The position numbers and the translations under genes are program-made. Of a stretch of DNA of 64,000 bases, positions 16,151-28,800 are shown piece after piece (within the stretch, counting starts at the first letter, position 1; each line of letters begins with the position of its first letter). Location: assembly GCF_009914755.1 (NCBI RefSeq), contig NC_060928.1; one strand, written 5' to 3'. The notes under the pieces were generated by a model, which was not told the origin of the DNA, made no database searches, and saw only the letters and a program-made list of their open reading frames with translations. This DNA is from the human T2T-CHM13v2.0 reference genome, Homo sapiens.

Positions 16151-19100
16151 ATTGGTGATGTGTGTCCTCAACTAACAGAGTTGAACCTTGGTTTTGATAC
16201 AGCATTTTGGAAACACTCCTTTTGTAGAATCTGCAGGTGGATATGTGGATAGCTTTGAAGATTTCGTTGTAAACGGGAATTCCATAATATAAAATCAAAC
16301 AGAAGCATTCTCAGAAACTTCTCTGTGATGTTTGCATTCAGCTTATGGAGTTGAACACTTACTTTCATAGAACAGGTTTGAAACACTCTTTCTGCACTAC
16401 CTGGAAGTGGACATTTCGAGCGCTTTGAGGCCTATGGTGAAAAAGGAAATATCTTCTCATAAAAACCAGAAAGAAGCATTCTCAGAAACTTCTTTGTGTT
16501 GTGTGTTCTCATGTAACGGTGTCGAACCTTCCTTTTGACAGAGCAGTTTTGAAACACTCTTTTTGTAGAATCTGCAAGTGGATATTTGGATAGCTTTGAG
16601 GATTTCGTTGGAAACGGGATACCTTCGTATTAAATCTAGACAGGAGCATTCTCAGAAACTTCTTTGTGCTGTATGTCCTCAATTAACAGAGTTGAACCTT
16701 TGTTTGGATACAGCACTTTGGAAACATTCCTTTAGTAGAATCTGCAAGTTGATATTTAGATAGCTTGGAAGATTTCGTGGGAAACGGGAATGTCTTCATA
16801 TAAAATCTAAACGGAAGCATTCTCAGAAACTGCTTTGTGATGTTTGCATTCAAGTCACAGAGTTGAATATACGCTTTTATAGAGCAGGTTTGAAACACTC
16901 TTTCCGGACTTCTTGGAAGTGGACATTTCGAGCGCTTTGAGGCCTATGGTGAAAAAGGAAATATCTTCCCATAAAAACTAGACGGAAGCCTTCTCAGAAA
17001 CGTGTTTGAGATGTGTGTATTCAACTAGGAGAGTTGAACATTTCTTTTTACAGAGCAGTTTTAAAACACTCTTTTTGTGGAATCTGAAAGTGGATATTTG
17101 GATAGCTTGTAGGATTTCGTTGGAAACGGGATTACATATAAAATCTAGAGAGAAGCATTCTCAGGAACTTCTTTGTGATGTTTGCATTCAAGTCATAGAA
17201 TTGAACATTCCCTTTCATAGAGCAGGTTGGAAACACTCTTTCTCTAGTATCTGGAAGTGGACATTTCAAGCGCTTTCAGGCCTATAGTGAGAAAGGAAAT
17301 ATCTTCAAGTAAAAACTAGACAGAAGCATTATCAGAAACTTATTTGTGATGTGTGTCCTCAACTAACACAGTTGAACCTTTGTTTTGATGCAGCATTTTG
17401 GAAACACTCCTTTTGTAGAATCTGCAGGTGGATATTTGGATAGCTTTGAAGATTTTGTTGGAAACCGGAATATCTTCATATAAAATCAAGACAGAAGCAT
17501 TCTCAGAAACTTCTCTGTGATGTTTGCATTCAACTCATAGAGTTGAACACTTCCTTTCGTAGAACAGGTTTGAAACACTTTTTCTGCACTACCTGGAAGT
17601 GGACATTTCGAGCGCTTTGAGGCCTATGGTGAAAATGGAAATATCTTCTCATAAAAGCAGGAAAGAAGCAATCTCAGAAACTTCTTTGTGTTGTGTGTAC
17701 TCAAGTAACAGTGTTGAACTTTCCTTTTGACAGAGCAGTTTTGAAACACTCTTTTTGTATTATCTGCAAGTGGATATTTGGATAGCTTTGAGGATTTCGT
17801 TGGATACGGGTTATCTTCATATAAAATCTAGACAGGAGCATTCTCAGAAACTTCTTTGTGCTGTATGTCCTCAATTCACAGAGTTGATGCTTTCTTTGGA
17901 TACAGCATTTTGGTAACATTCCTTTAGTAGAATCTGCAAGTTGATATTTAGATAGCTTTGAAGATTTCGTTGGAAACGGGAATATCTTCATAGAAAATCT
18001 AGACGGAAGCATTCTCATAAACTGCTTTGTGATGTTTGCATTCAAGTCACCGAGTTGAATATTCCCTTTTATAGAGCAGGTTTGGAACACTCTTTCTGAA
18101 CTACATGGAGGTGTACATTTGGAGCGCTTTGAGGCCTATGGTGAAAAAGATAATATCTTCCCATAAAAACTAGACAGAAGCCTTCTCAGAAAGTTGTTTG
18201 AGATTTCTGTATTCAGCTAAGAGAGTTTAACATTTCTTTTTACAGAGAAGTTTTAAAACACTCTTTTTATGGAATCTGAAAGTGGATATTTGGATAGCTT
18301 AGAGGAATTCGTTGGAAACGGGATGACATATAAAATCTACAGAGAAGCATTCTCAGGAACTTATTTGTGATGTATGCATTCAAGTCACAGAATTGAACAT
18401 TCCCTTTCATAGAGCAGTTTTGAAACACTCTTTCTGTAGTATCTGGAAGTGGACATTTCAAGCGCTTTCAGGCCTATGGTGAGAAAGGAAATATCTTCAA
18501 ATAAAAACTAGACATAAGAATTCTGAGAAACTTAGTTGTGATGGGTTTCCTCAACTAACAGAGTTGAACCTTTGTTTTGATATAGCATTTTGGAAACACT
18601 CTTTTTGTAGAATCTGCAGGAGGATATTTGGATAGCTATGAAGATTTCGTTGGAAACGGGAATTTCTTCTTATAAAGTCAAGACAGAAGCATTCTCAGAA
18701 AATTCTCTGTGATGTTTGCATTCAAGTCATAGAGTTGAACACTTCCTTTCATAGAGCAGGTTTGAAACTCTCTTTTTGTAATATTTGGAAGGGGACATTT
18801 ACAGCGCTTTGAGGCCCATGTTTAAAAAGGGAATATCTTCTCATAAAAACCAGAAAGAAGCATTCTGAGAAACTTCTTTCGGATGTGTTTACTCAGGTAA
18901 GGTAGATGAACCTTCCTTTTGACAGAGCAGTTTGGAAACACTCTTTTTGTAAAATCTGCAAGTGGATATTTGGATAGTTTTGAGGATTTGGTTGGAAACG
19001 GGTATCTTCATATAACATAAAGACAGAAGCATTCTCAGAAACTTCTTTGTGCTGTATGTCCTCAATTAACAGAGTTGAACCTTTGTTTGGATACAGCACT

Positions 19101-19794
19101 TTGGAAACATTCCTTTACTGGAATCTGCAAGTTGATATTTAGATAGGTTTGAAGATTTCGTTGGAAACGGGAATATCTTCATACAAAATCTAGACGGAAA
19201 AATTCTCGGAAACTGCTTTGTGGTGTTTGCATTCAAGTCACAGAGTTGAATATTCCCCTTTATAAAGGAGGTTTGAAACACTATTTCTGCACTACCTGGA
19301 AGTGGACATTTGGAGCGCTTTGAGGCCTATGGTGAAAAAGGAAATATCTTCCCATAAAAGCTAGACAGAAGCATTCTCAGAAAATTTTGTGATGTGTGTA
19401 TTCATCTAACAGAGTTGAACCTTTCTTTTCACAGCACAGTTTTAAAACACTCTTTTTGTGGAATCTGAAAGTGGATATTTCGATAGCTTTGAGGATTTCG
19501 TTGAAAACGGGATTACATATAAAATCTAGGGAGAAGCATTCTCAGGAACAACTTTGTGATGTTTGCATTCACGTCACAGAATTGAACATTCCCTTTCATA
19601 GAGCTGGTTTGAAAGAGTCTTTCTGTAGTATCTGGAAGTGGATATTTCAAGCGCTTTCAGGCCTACGGTGAGAAAGGGAATATCTTCAAATAAAAACTAG
19701 ACACAAGCATTCTCAGAAACTTATTTGTGTTGTGTGTCCTCAACAAACAGAGTTGAACTTTTTTATACAGCATTTTGGAATCATTCCTTTCGTA

Positions 19795-19800
19795 TGTTTG
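19795..19800. other. Strand-switch junction between two different alpha-satellite arrays
   Basis: Monomers read cattctcagaaac to the left and gtttctgagaatg to the right; the join reads ...tcattcctttcgta-tgttt-ggttcgactctgtgag... Confidence 0.9.
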
Positions 19801-22800
19801 GTTCGACTCTGTGAGTTGAATGGACACATCCCAAAGCAGTTTCAGAGAATGCTTCTGTCCGGTTTTTCTGTGAAGATATTTCCTTTTCCAACATAGGCTT
19901 CAAAGCGCTCCAAAGGAACACTTGCAGATTCTACAAAAAGAAAGTTTCAGAACTGCTCTATGAAAGACAGAGTTCAAAACTTTCGCTTTAATGAACGCAA
20001 CACAAAGCAGTTTCTGAGAATGCTTCTGTGTAGTTTTTATCCGAAGATATTTCCTTTTCCACCATAGGCCTCAAATCGCTCCAAATATCCACTTGTAGAT
20101 CGTAAGAAAACACTGTTTCAAAACTGCTTTCTCAAAAGGAAGGTTCAACTCTTTGAGTTCAATGCGCACATCACAAGGAACTGTCTGAGCAAACTTCCGT
20201 CTAGTTTTTATGTGACGATATTACCATTTCCACCGCAGGTTTCGAAGCGCTCCAAAAGAACACTTGCAGATACTGCAACAAGAATGTTTCACAACTGCTC
20301 TATCAAAGAAAGCGTTCACCTCTGTGAGTTGAATGCACACATCCCAAAGCAGTTTCTGAGAATGCTTCTGTGTAGCTTCCATGTGAAGGTATCTCCTTTT
20401 CCACCATAGGCCTCGTATCGCTCCAAATATCCACTTGGGTGATAGTGCAAAAACACTGTTTCAGATCTGCTCTCCCAAAGGAAGGTTCAGCTCTGTGGGT
20501 TGAATGCAGACATCACAAAAAAGTTTCTGAGAATGCTTCCGTCCAGTTTGTATGTGCAGATACCCCGTTTACAACGAATTCCTCAAGAGCTCCAAATATC
20601 CTCAAGCAGATTCTACAAAAGCAGTATTTCAAGGCTGCTCTATCAAAAGGAAGGGTGAACTCTGTGAGTTGAATCCACACATCCCAAAAAAGTTTCTGAG
20701 AATAGTTGTGTCTAGTTTGTATGTGCGGACATCCCGTTTACAGCGAATTCCTCAAAGAGCTCCAAATGTCCTCAGGCAGATTCTTCAAAAGCAGTGCTGC
20801 AAAACTGCTCTATCGAAAGAAAGGTTGAACTCTGTGAGTTGAGTTCACACATCACAAAAAAGTCTCTGACCATGTTCCTGTCTACCTTGTATGTGCAGAT
20901 ATCCCGTTTACAACGAATTCCTCAAAGACCTACAAATATCCTCAAGCTGATTCTAGAAAAGGATGGTTTCAAAACTGATCTATCCAAAAAGACCTTCAAC
21001 TCTGTGACTTGAATGCACACAACACAAAATTTTCTGAGAATGCTTCTGTCTAGATTGTATGTGGAGATATCTCGTTTGCCACGAATTCCTCCAAGAGCTC
21101 CAAATATCCTCAAGCAGATTCTACCCAAGCAGGGTTTCAGGAATGCTCTATCAAAAGGAAGGTTGAATTCTGTGAGTTGAATCCACACATCACGAAAAAG
21201 TTTCTGGGAATGCTTCTGTCTAATTTGTATGTGCAGATATCCCGATTGCAACGAATTCCTCAAAGAGCTCCAAATATCCTGAAGCAGATTCTTCAAAAGC
21301 AGTATTTCAAGACTGCTCTATCAAAAGGAAGGTTGAACTGTGTGAGTTGAATCCACACATCCCAAAAAAAGTTTCTGAGAATGCTTCTGTCAATTTTGTG
21401 CAGATATCCCGTTGGCAACGAATTCCTGAAAGAGCTCCAAATATCCTCAAGCAGATTCTGCAAAAGCAGGATTTCAAGACAGCTCTATCAAAAGGAAAGT
21501 TGAACTCTGTGAGTTGAGTTCACACATCCCTAAATGTTTCTGAGAATGCTTCTGTCTAGTTTATATGTGAAGATATTTCACTTTCCACCATGAGCCTCTA
21601 AGCGCTCCAAATGAACACTTGCAGAGTATGCAGAAAGAATGTTTCCAATCTTCTCTATCAAAGGAAAGATTCAACTCTGTGAGTTGAATGGACATATCAC
21701 AAAGAACTGTCTGAGAATACTTCTGTCTAGCTTTTATGTGAAGATATTTCCTTTTCCACCGTAGGCTTCAAAGCGCTCCAAATGAACACTTGCAGATTCT
21801 ACAAAAAGAATGCTTCTAAACTGCTGTATCAAAGAAAGCGTTCAACTCTGTGAGTTGAATGCACACATCCCAAAGCAGTTTCTGAGAATGCTTCTGTTTA
21901 GTTTTTATGTGAAGATATTTTGCTTTCCACCATAAGCCTTCAAAGCGCTCCAAAGGAACACTTGCAGATTATGCACAGAGAATGCCTCAAATCTGCTCTA
22001 TCAAAAGAAAGGTTGGACTCTGTGAGTTCAATGGACACATCACAAAGCAGTTTCTGAGAATGCTTCTGTCCGGTTTTTCTGTGAAGATATTTCCTTTTGC
22101 ACCCTAGGCTTCAAAGCGCTCCAAATGAACACTTGCAGATTCTACAAAAAGAATGTTTCAAAACTGCTCTATCAAAGACGGAGTTCAACCCTTTGACTTC
22201 AATGAACACAACACAGAGCAGTTTCTGAGAATGCTTCTGTGTAGTTTTTATCCGAAGATATTTCCTTTTCCACCATAGGCCTCAAATCGCTCCAAATATC
22301 CACTTGTAGATCGTAAGAAAACACTGTTTCAAAACTGCTTTCTCAAAAGGAAGGTTCAACTCTTTGAGTTCAATGCGCACATCACAAGGAACTGTCTGAG
22401 CAAACTTCCGTCTAGTTTTTATGTGACGATATTACCATTTCCACCGCAGGTTTCGAAGCGCTCCAAAAGAACACTTGCAGATACTGCAACAAGAATGTTT
22501 CACAACTGCTCTATCAAAGAAAGCGTTCACCTCTGTGAGTTGAATGCACACATCCCAAAGCAGTTTCTGAGAATGCTTCTGTGTAGCTTCCATGTGAAGG
22601 TATCTCCTTTTCCACCATAGGCCTCGTATCGCTCCAAATATCCACTTGGGTGATAGTGCAAAAACACTGTTTCAGAACTGCTCTCCCAAAGGAAGGTTCA
22701 ACTCTGTGGGTTGAATGCAGACATCACAAAAAAGTTTCTGAGAATGCTTCCGTCCAGTTTGTATGTGCAGATACCCCGTTTACAACGAATTCCTCAAGAG

Positions 22801-25800
22801 CTCCAAATATCCTCAAGCAGATTCTACAAAAGCAGTATTTCAAGACTGCTCTATCAAAAGGAAGGGTGAACTCTGTGAGTTGAATCCACACATCCCAAAA
22901 AAGTTTCTGAGAATAGTTGTGTCTAGTTTGTATGTGCGGACATCCCGTTTACAGCGAATTCCTCAAAGAGCTCCAAATGTCCTCAGGCAGATTCTGCAAA
23001 AGCAGTGCTGCAAAACTGCTCTATCGAAAGAAAGGTTGAACTCTGTGAGTTGAGTTCACACATCACAAAAAAGTCTCTGACCATGTTCCTGTCTACCTTG
23101 TATGTGCAGATATCCCGTTTACAACGAATTCCTCAAAGACCTACAAATATCCTCAAGCTGATTCTAGAAAAGGATGGTTTCAAAACTGATCTATCCAAAA
23201 AGACGTTCAACTCTGTGACTTGAATGCACACAACACAAAATTTTCTGAGAATGCTTCTGTCTAGATTGTATGTGGAGATATCTCGTTTGCCACGAATTCC
23301 TCCAAGAGCTCCAAATATCCTCAAGCAGATTCTACCCAAGCAGGGTTTCAGGAATGCTCTATCAAAAGGAAGGTTGAATTCTGTGAGTTGAATCCACACA
23401 TCACGAAAAAGTTTCTGGGAATGCTTCTGTCTAATTTGTATGTGCAGATATCCCGATTGCAACGAATTCCTCAAAGAGCTCCAAATATCCTGAAGCAGAT
23501 TCTTCAAAAGCAGTATTTCAAGACTGCTCTATCAAAAGGAAGGTTGAACTGTGTGAGTTGAATCCACACATCCCAAAAAAAGTTTCTGAGAATGCTTCTG
23601 TCAATTTTGTGCAGATATCCCGTTGGCAACGAATTCCTGAAAGAGCTCCAAATATCCTCAAGCAGATTCTGCAAAAGCAGGATTTCAAGACAGCTCTATC
23701 AAAAGGAAAGTTGAACTCTGTGAGTTGAGTTCACACATCCCTAAATGTTTCTGAGAATGCTTCTGTCTAGTTTATATGTGAAGATATTTCACTTTCCACC
23801 ATGAGCCTCTAAGCGCTCCAAATGAACACTTGCAGAGTATGAAGAAAGAATGTTTCCAATCTTCTCTATCAAAGGAAAGATTCAACTCTGTGAGTTGAAT
23901 GGACATATCACAAAGAACTGTCTGAGAATACTTCTGTCTAGCTTTTATGTGAAGATATTTCCTTTTCCACCGTAGGCTTCAAAGCGCTCCAAATGAACAC
24001 TTGCAGATTCTACAAAAAGAATGCTTCTAAACTGCTGTATCAAGGAAAGCGTTCAACTCTGTGAGTTGAATGCACACATCCCAAAGCAGTTTCTGAGAAT
24101 GCTTCTGTTTAGTTTTTATGTGAAGATATTTTGCTTTCCACCATAAGCCTTCAAAGCGCTCCAAAGGAACACTTGCAGATTATGCACAGAGAATGCCTCA
24201 AATCTGCTCTATCAAAAGAAAGGTTGGACTCTGTGAGTTCAATGGACACATCACAAAGCAGTTTCTGAGAATGCTTCTGTCCGGTTTTTCTGTGAAGATA
24301 TTTCCTTTTGCACCCTAGGCTTCAAAGCGCTCCAAATGAACACTTGCAGATTCTACAAAAAGAATGTTTCAAAACTGCTCTATCAAAGACGGAGTTCAAC
24401 CCTTTGACTTCAATGAACACAACACAGAGCAGTTTCTGAGAATGCTTCTGTGTAGTTTTTATCCGAAGATATTTCCTTTTCCACCATAGGCCTCAAATCG
24501 CTCCAAATATCCACTTGTAGATCGTAAGAAAACACTGTTTCAAAACTGCTTTCTCAAAAGGAAGGTTCAACTCTTTGAGTTCAATGCGCACATCACAAGG
24601 AACTGTCTGAGCAAACTTCCGTCTAGTTTTTATGTGACGATATTACCATTTCCACCGCAGGTTTCGAAGCGCTCCAAAAGAACACTTGCAGATACTGCAA
24701 CAAGAATGTTTCACAACTGCTCTATCAAAGAAAGCGTTCACCTCTGTGAGTTGAATGCACACATCCCAAAGCAGTTTCTGAGAATGCTTCTGTGTAGCTT
24801 CCATGTGAAGGTATCTCCTTTTCCACCATAGGCCTCGTATCGCTCCAAATATCCACTTGGGTGATAGTGCAAAAACACTGCTTCAGAACTGCTCTCCCAA
24901 AGGAAGGTTCAGCTCTGTGGGTTGAATGCAGACATCACAAAAAAGTTTCTGAGAATGCTTCCGTCCAGTTTGTATGTGCAGATACCCCGTTTACAACGAA
25001 TTCCTCAAGAGCTCCAAATATCCTCAAGCAGATTCTACAAAAGCAGTATTTCAAGACTGCTCTATCAAAAGGAAGGGTGAACTCTGTGAGTTGAATCCAC
25101 ACATCCCAAAAAAGTTTCTGAGAATAGTTGTGTCTAGTTTGTATGTGCGGACATCCCGTTTACAGCGAATTCCTCAAAGAGCTCCAAATGTCCTCAGGCA
25201 GATTCTGCAAAAGCAGTGCTGCAAAACTGCTCTATCGAAAGAAAGGTTGAACTCTGTGAGTTGAGTTCACACATCACAAAAATGTCTCTGACCATGTTCC
25301 TGTCTACCTTGTATGTGCAGATATCCCGTTTACAACGAATTCCTCAAAGACCTACAAATATCCTCAAGCTGATTCTAGAAAAGGATGGTTTCAAAACTGA
25401 TCTATCCAAAAAGACGTTCAACTCTGTGACTTGAATGCACACAACACAAAATTTTCTGAGAATGCTTCTGTCTAGATTGTATGTGGAGATATCTCGTTTG
25501 CCACGAATTCCTCCAAGAGCTCCAAATATCCTCAAGCAGATTCTACCCAAGCAGGGTTTCAGGAATGCTCTATCAAAAGGAAGGTTGAATTCTGTGAGTT
25601 GAATCCACACATCACGAAAAAGTTTCTGGGAATGCTTCTGTCTAATTTGTATGTGCAGATATCCCGATTGCAACGAATTCCTCAAAGAGCTCCAAATATC
25701 CTGAAGCAGATTCTTCAAAAGCAGTATTTCAAGACTGCTCTATCAAAAGGAAGGTTGAACTGTGTGAGTTGAATCCACACATCCCAAAAAAAGTTTCTGA

Positions 25801-28800
25801 GAATGCTTCTGTCAATTTTGTGCAGATATCCCGTTGGCAACGAATTCCTGAAAGAGCTCCAAATATCCTCAAGCAGATTCTGCAAAAGCAGGATTTCAAG
25901 ACAGCTCTATCAAAAGGAAAGTTGAACTCTGTGAGTTGAGTTCACACATCCCTAAATGTTTCTGAGAATGCTGCTGTCTAGTTTATATGTGAAGATATTT
26001 CACTTTCCACCATGAGCCTCTAAGCGCTCCAAATGAACACTTGCAGAGTATGCAGAAAGAATGTTTCCAATCTTCTCTATCAAAGGAAAGATTCAACTCT
26101 GTGAGTTGAATGGACATATCACAAAGAACTGTCTGAGAATACTTCTGTCTAGCTTTTATGTGAAGATATTTCCTTTTCCACCGTAGGCTTCAAAGCGCTC
26201 CAAATGAACACTTGCAGATTCTACAAAAAGAATGCTTCTAAACTGCTGTATCAAGGAAAGCGTTCAACTCTGTGAGTTGAATGCACACATCCCAAAGCAG
26301 TTTCTGAGAATGCTTCTGTTTAGTTTTTATGTGAAGATATTTTGCTTTCCACCATAAGCCTTCAAAGCGCTCCAAAGGAACACTTGCAGATTATGCACAG
26401 AGAATGCCTCAAATCTGCTCTATCAAAAGAAAGGTTGGACTCTGTGAGTTCAATGGACACATCACAAAGCAGTTTCTGAGAATGCTTCTGTCCGGTTTTT
26501 CTGTGAAGATATTTCCTTTTGCACCCTAGGCTTCAAAGCGCTCCAAATGAACACTTGCAGATTCTACAAAAAGAATGTTTCAAAACTGCTCTATCAAAGA
26601 CGGAGTTCAACCCTTTGACTTCAATGAACACAACACAGAGCAGTTTCTGAGAATGCTTCTGTGTAGTTTTTATCCGAAGATATTTCCTTTTCCACCATAG
26701 GCCTCAAATCGCTCCAAATATCCACTTGTAGATCGTAAGAAAACACTGTTTCAAAACTGCTTTCTCAAAAGGAAGGTTCAACTCTTTGAGTTCAATGCGC
26801 ACATCACAAGGAACTGTCTGAGCAAACTTCCGTCTAGTTTTTATGTGACGATATTACCATTTCCACCGCAGGTTTCGAAGCGCTCCAAAAGAACACTTGC
26901 AGATACTGCAACAAGAATGTTTCACAACTGCTCTATCAAAGAAAGCGTTCACCTCTGTGAGTTGAATGCACACATCCCAAAGCAGTTTCTGAGAATGCTT
27001 CTGTGTAGCTTCCATGTGAAGGTATCTCCTTTTCCACCATAGGCCTCGTATCGCTCCAAATATCCACTTGGGTGATAGTGCAAAAACACTGCTTCAGAAC
27101 TGCTCTCCCAAAGGAAGGTTCAACTCTGTGAGTTGAATGCAGACATCACAAAAAAGTTTCTGAGAATGCTTCCGTCCAGTTTGTATGTGCAGATACCCCG
27201 TTTACAACGAATTCCTCAAGAGCTCCAAATATCCTCAAGCAGATTCTACAAAAGCAGTATTTCAAGACTGCTCTATCAAAAGGAAGGGTGAACTCTGTGA
27301 GTTGAATCCACACATCCCAAAAAAGTTTCTGAGAATAGTTGTGTCTAGTTTGTATGTGCGGACATCCCGTTTACAGCGAATTCCTCAAAGAGCTCCAAAT
27401 GTCCTCAGGCAGATTCTGCAAAAGCAGTGCTGCAAAACTGCTCTATCGAAAGAAAGGTTGAACTCTGTGAGTTGAGTTCACACATCACAAAAAAGTCTCT
27501 GACCATGTTCCTGTCTACCTTGTATGTGCAGATATCCCGTTTACAACGAATTCCTCAAAGACCTACAAATATCCTCAAGCTGATTCTAGAAAAGGATGGT
27601 TTCAAAACTGATCTATCCAAAAAGACGTTCAACTCTGTGACTTGAATGCACACAACACAAAATTTTCTGAGAATGCTTCTGTCTAGATTGTATGTGGAGA
27701 TATCTCGTTTGCCACGAATTCCTCCAAGAGCTCCAAATATCCTCAAGCAGATTCTACCCAAGCAGGGTTTCAGGAATGCTCTATCAAAAGGAAGGTTGAA
27801 TTCTGTGAGTTGAATCCACACATCACGAAAAAGTTTCTGGGAATGCTTCTGTCTAATTTGTATGTGCAGATATCCCGATTGCAACGAATTCCTCAAAGAG
27901 CTCCAAATATCCTGAAGCAGATTCTTCAAAAGCAGTATTTCAAGACTGCTCTATCAAAAGGAAGGTTGAACTGTGTGAGTTGAATCCACACATCCCAAAA
28001 AAAGTTTCTGAGAATGCTTCTGTCAATTTTGTGCAGATATCCCGTTGGCAACGAATTCCTGAAAGAGCTCCAAATATCCTCAAGCAGATTCTGCAAAAGC
28101 AGGATTTCAAGACAGCTCTATCAAAAGGAAAGTTGAACTCTGTGAGTTGAGTTCACACATCCCTAAATGTTTCTGAGAATGCTTCTGTCTAGTTTATATG
28201 TGAAGATATTTCACTTTCCACCATGAGCCTCTAAGCGCTCCAAATGAACACTTGCAGAGTATGCAGAAAGAATGTTTCCAATCTTCTCTATCAAAGGAAA
28301 GATTCAACTCTGTGAGTTGAATGGACATATCACAAAGAACTGTCTGAGAATACTTCTGTCTAGCTTTTATGTGAAGATATTTCCTTTTCCACCGTAGGCT
28401 TCAAAGCGCTCCAAATGAACACTTGCAGATTCTACAAAAAGAATGCTTCTAAACTGCTGTATCAAGGAAAGCGTTCAACTCTGTGAGTTGAATGCACACA
28501 TCCCAAAGCAGTTTCTGAGAATGCTTCTGTTTAGTTTTTATGTGAAGATATTTTGCTTTCCACCATAAGCCTTCAAAGCGCTCCAAAGGAACACTTGCAG
28601 ATTATGCACAGAGAATGCCTCAAATCTGCTCTATCAAAAGAAAGGTTGGACTCTGTGAGTTCAATGGACACATCACAAAGCAGTTTCTGAGAATGCTTCT
28701 GTCCGGTTTTTCTGTGAAGATATTTCCTTTTGCACCCTAGGCTTCAAAGCGCTCCAAATGAACACTTGCAGATTCTACAAAAAGAATGTTTCAAAACTGC

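Larger units (their letters stand above)
6277..19794 (+). repeat. Alpha-satellite array 1 (SF2-like, CENP-B-box rich; possibly the edge of D4Z1/S2C4H1L)
   Basis: About 79 tandem ~170-bp monomers starting cattctcagaaac, mostly alternating A-type (ggcctatggtgaaaaagg) and B-type (ttcgttggaaacggg) with some BB doublets. The alpha-satellite call is secure; the chromosome assignment is recall only. Confidence 0.95.
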
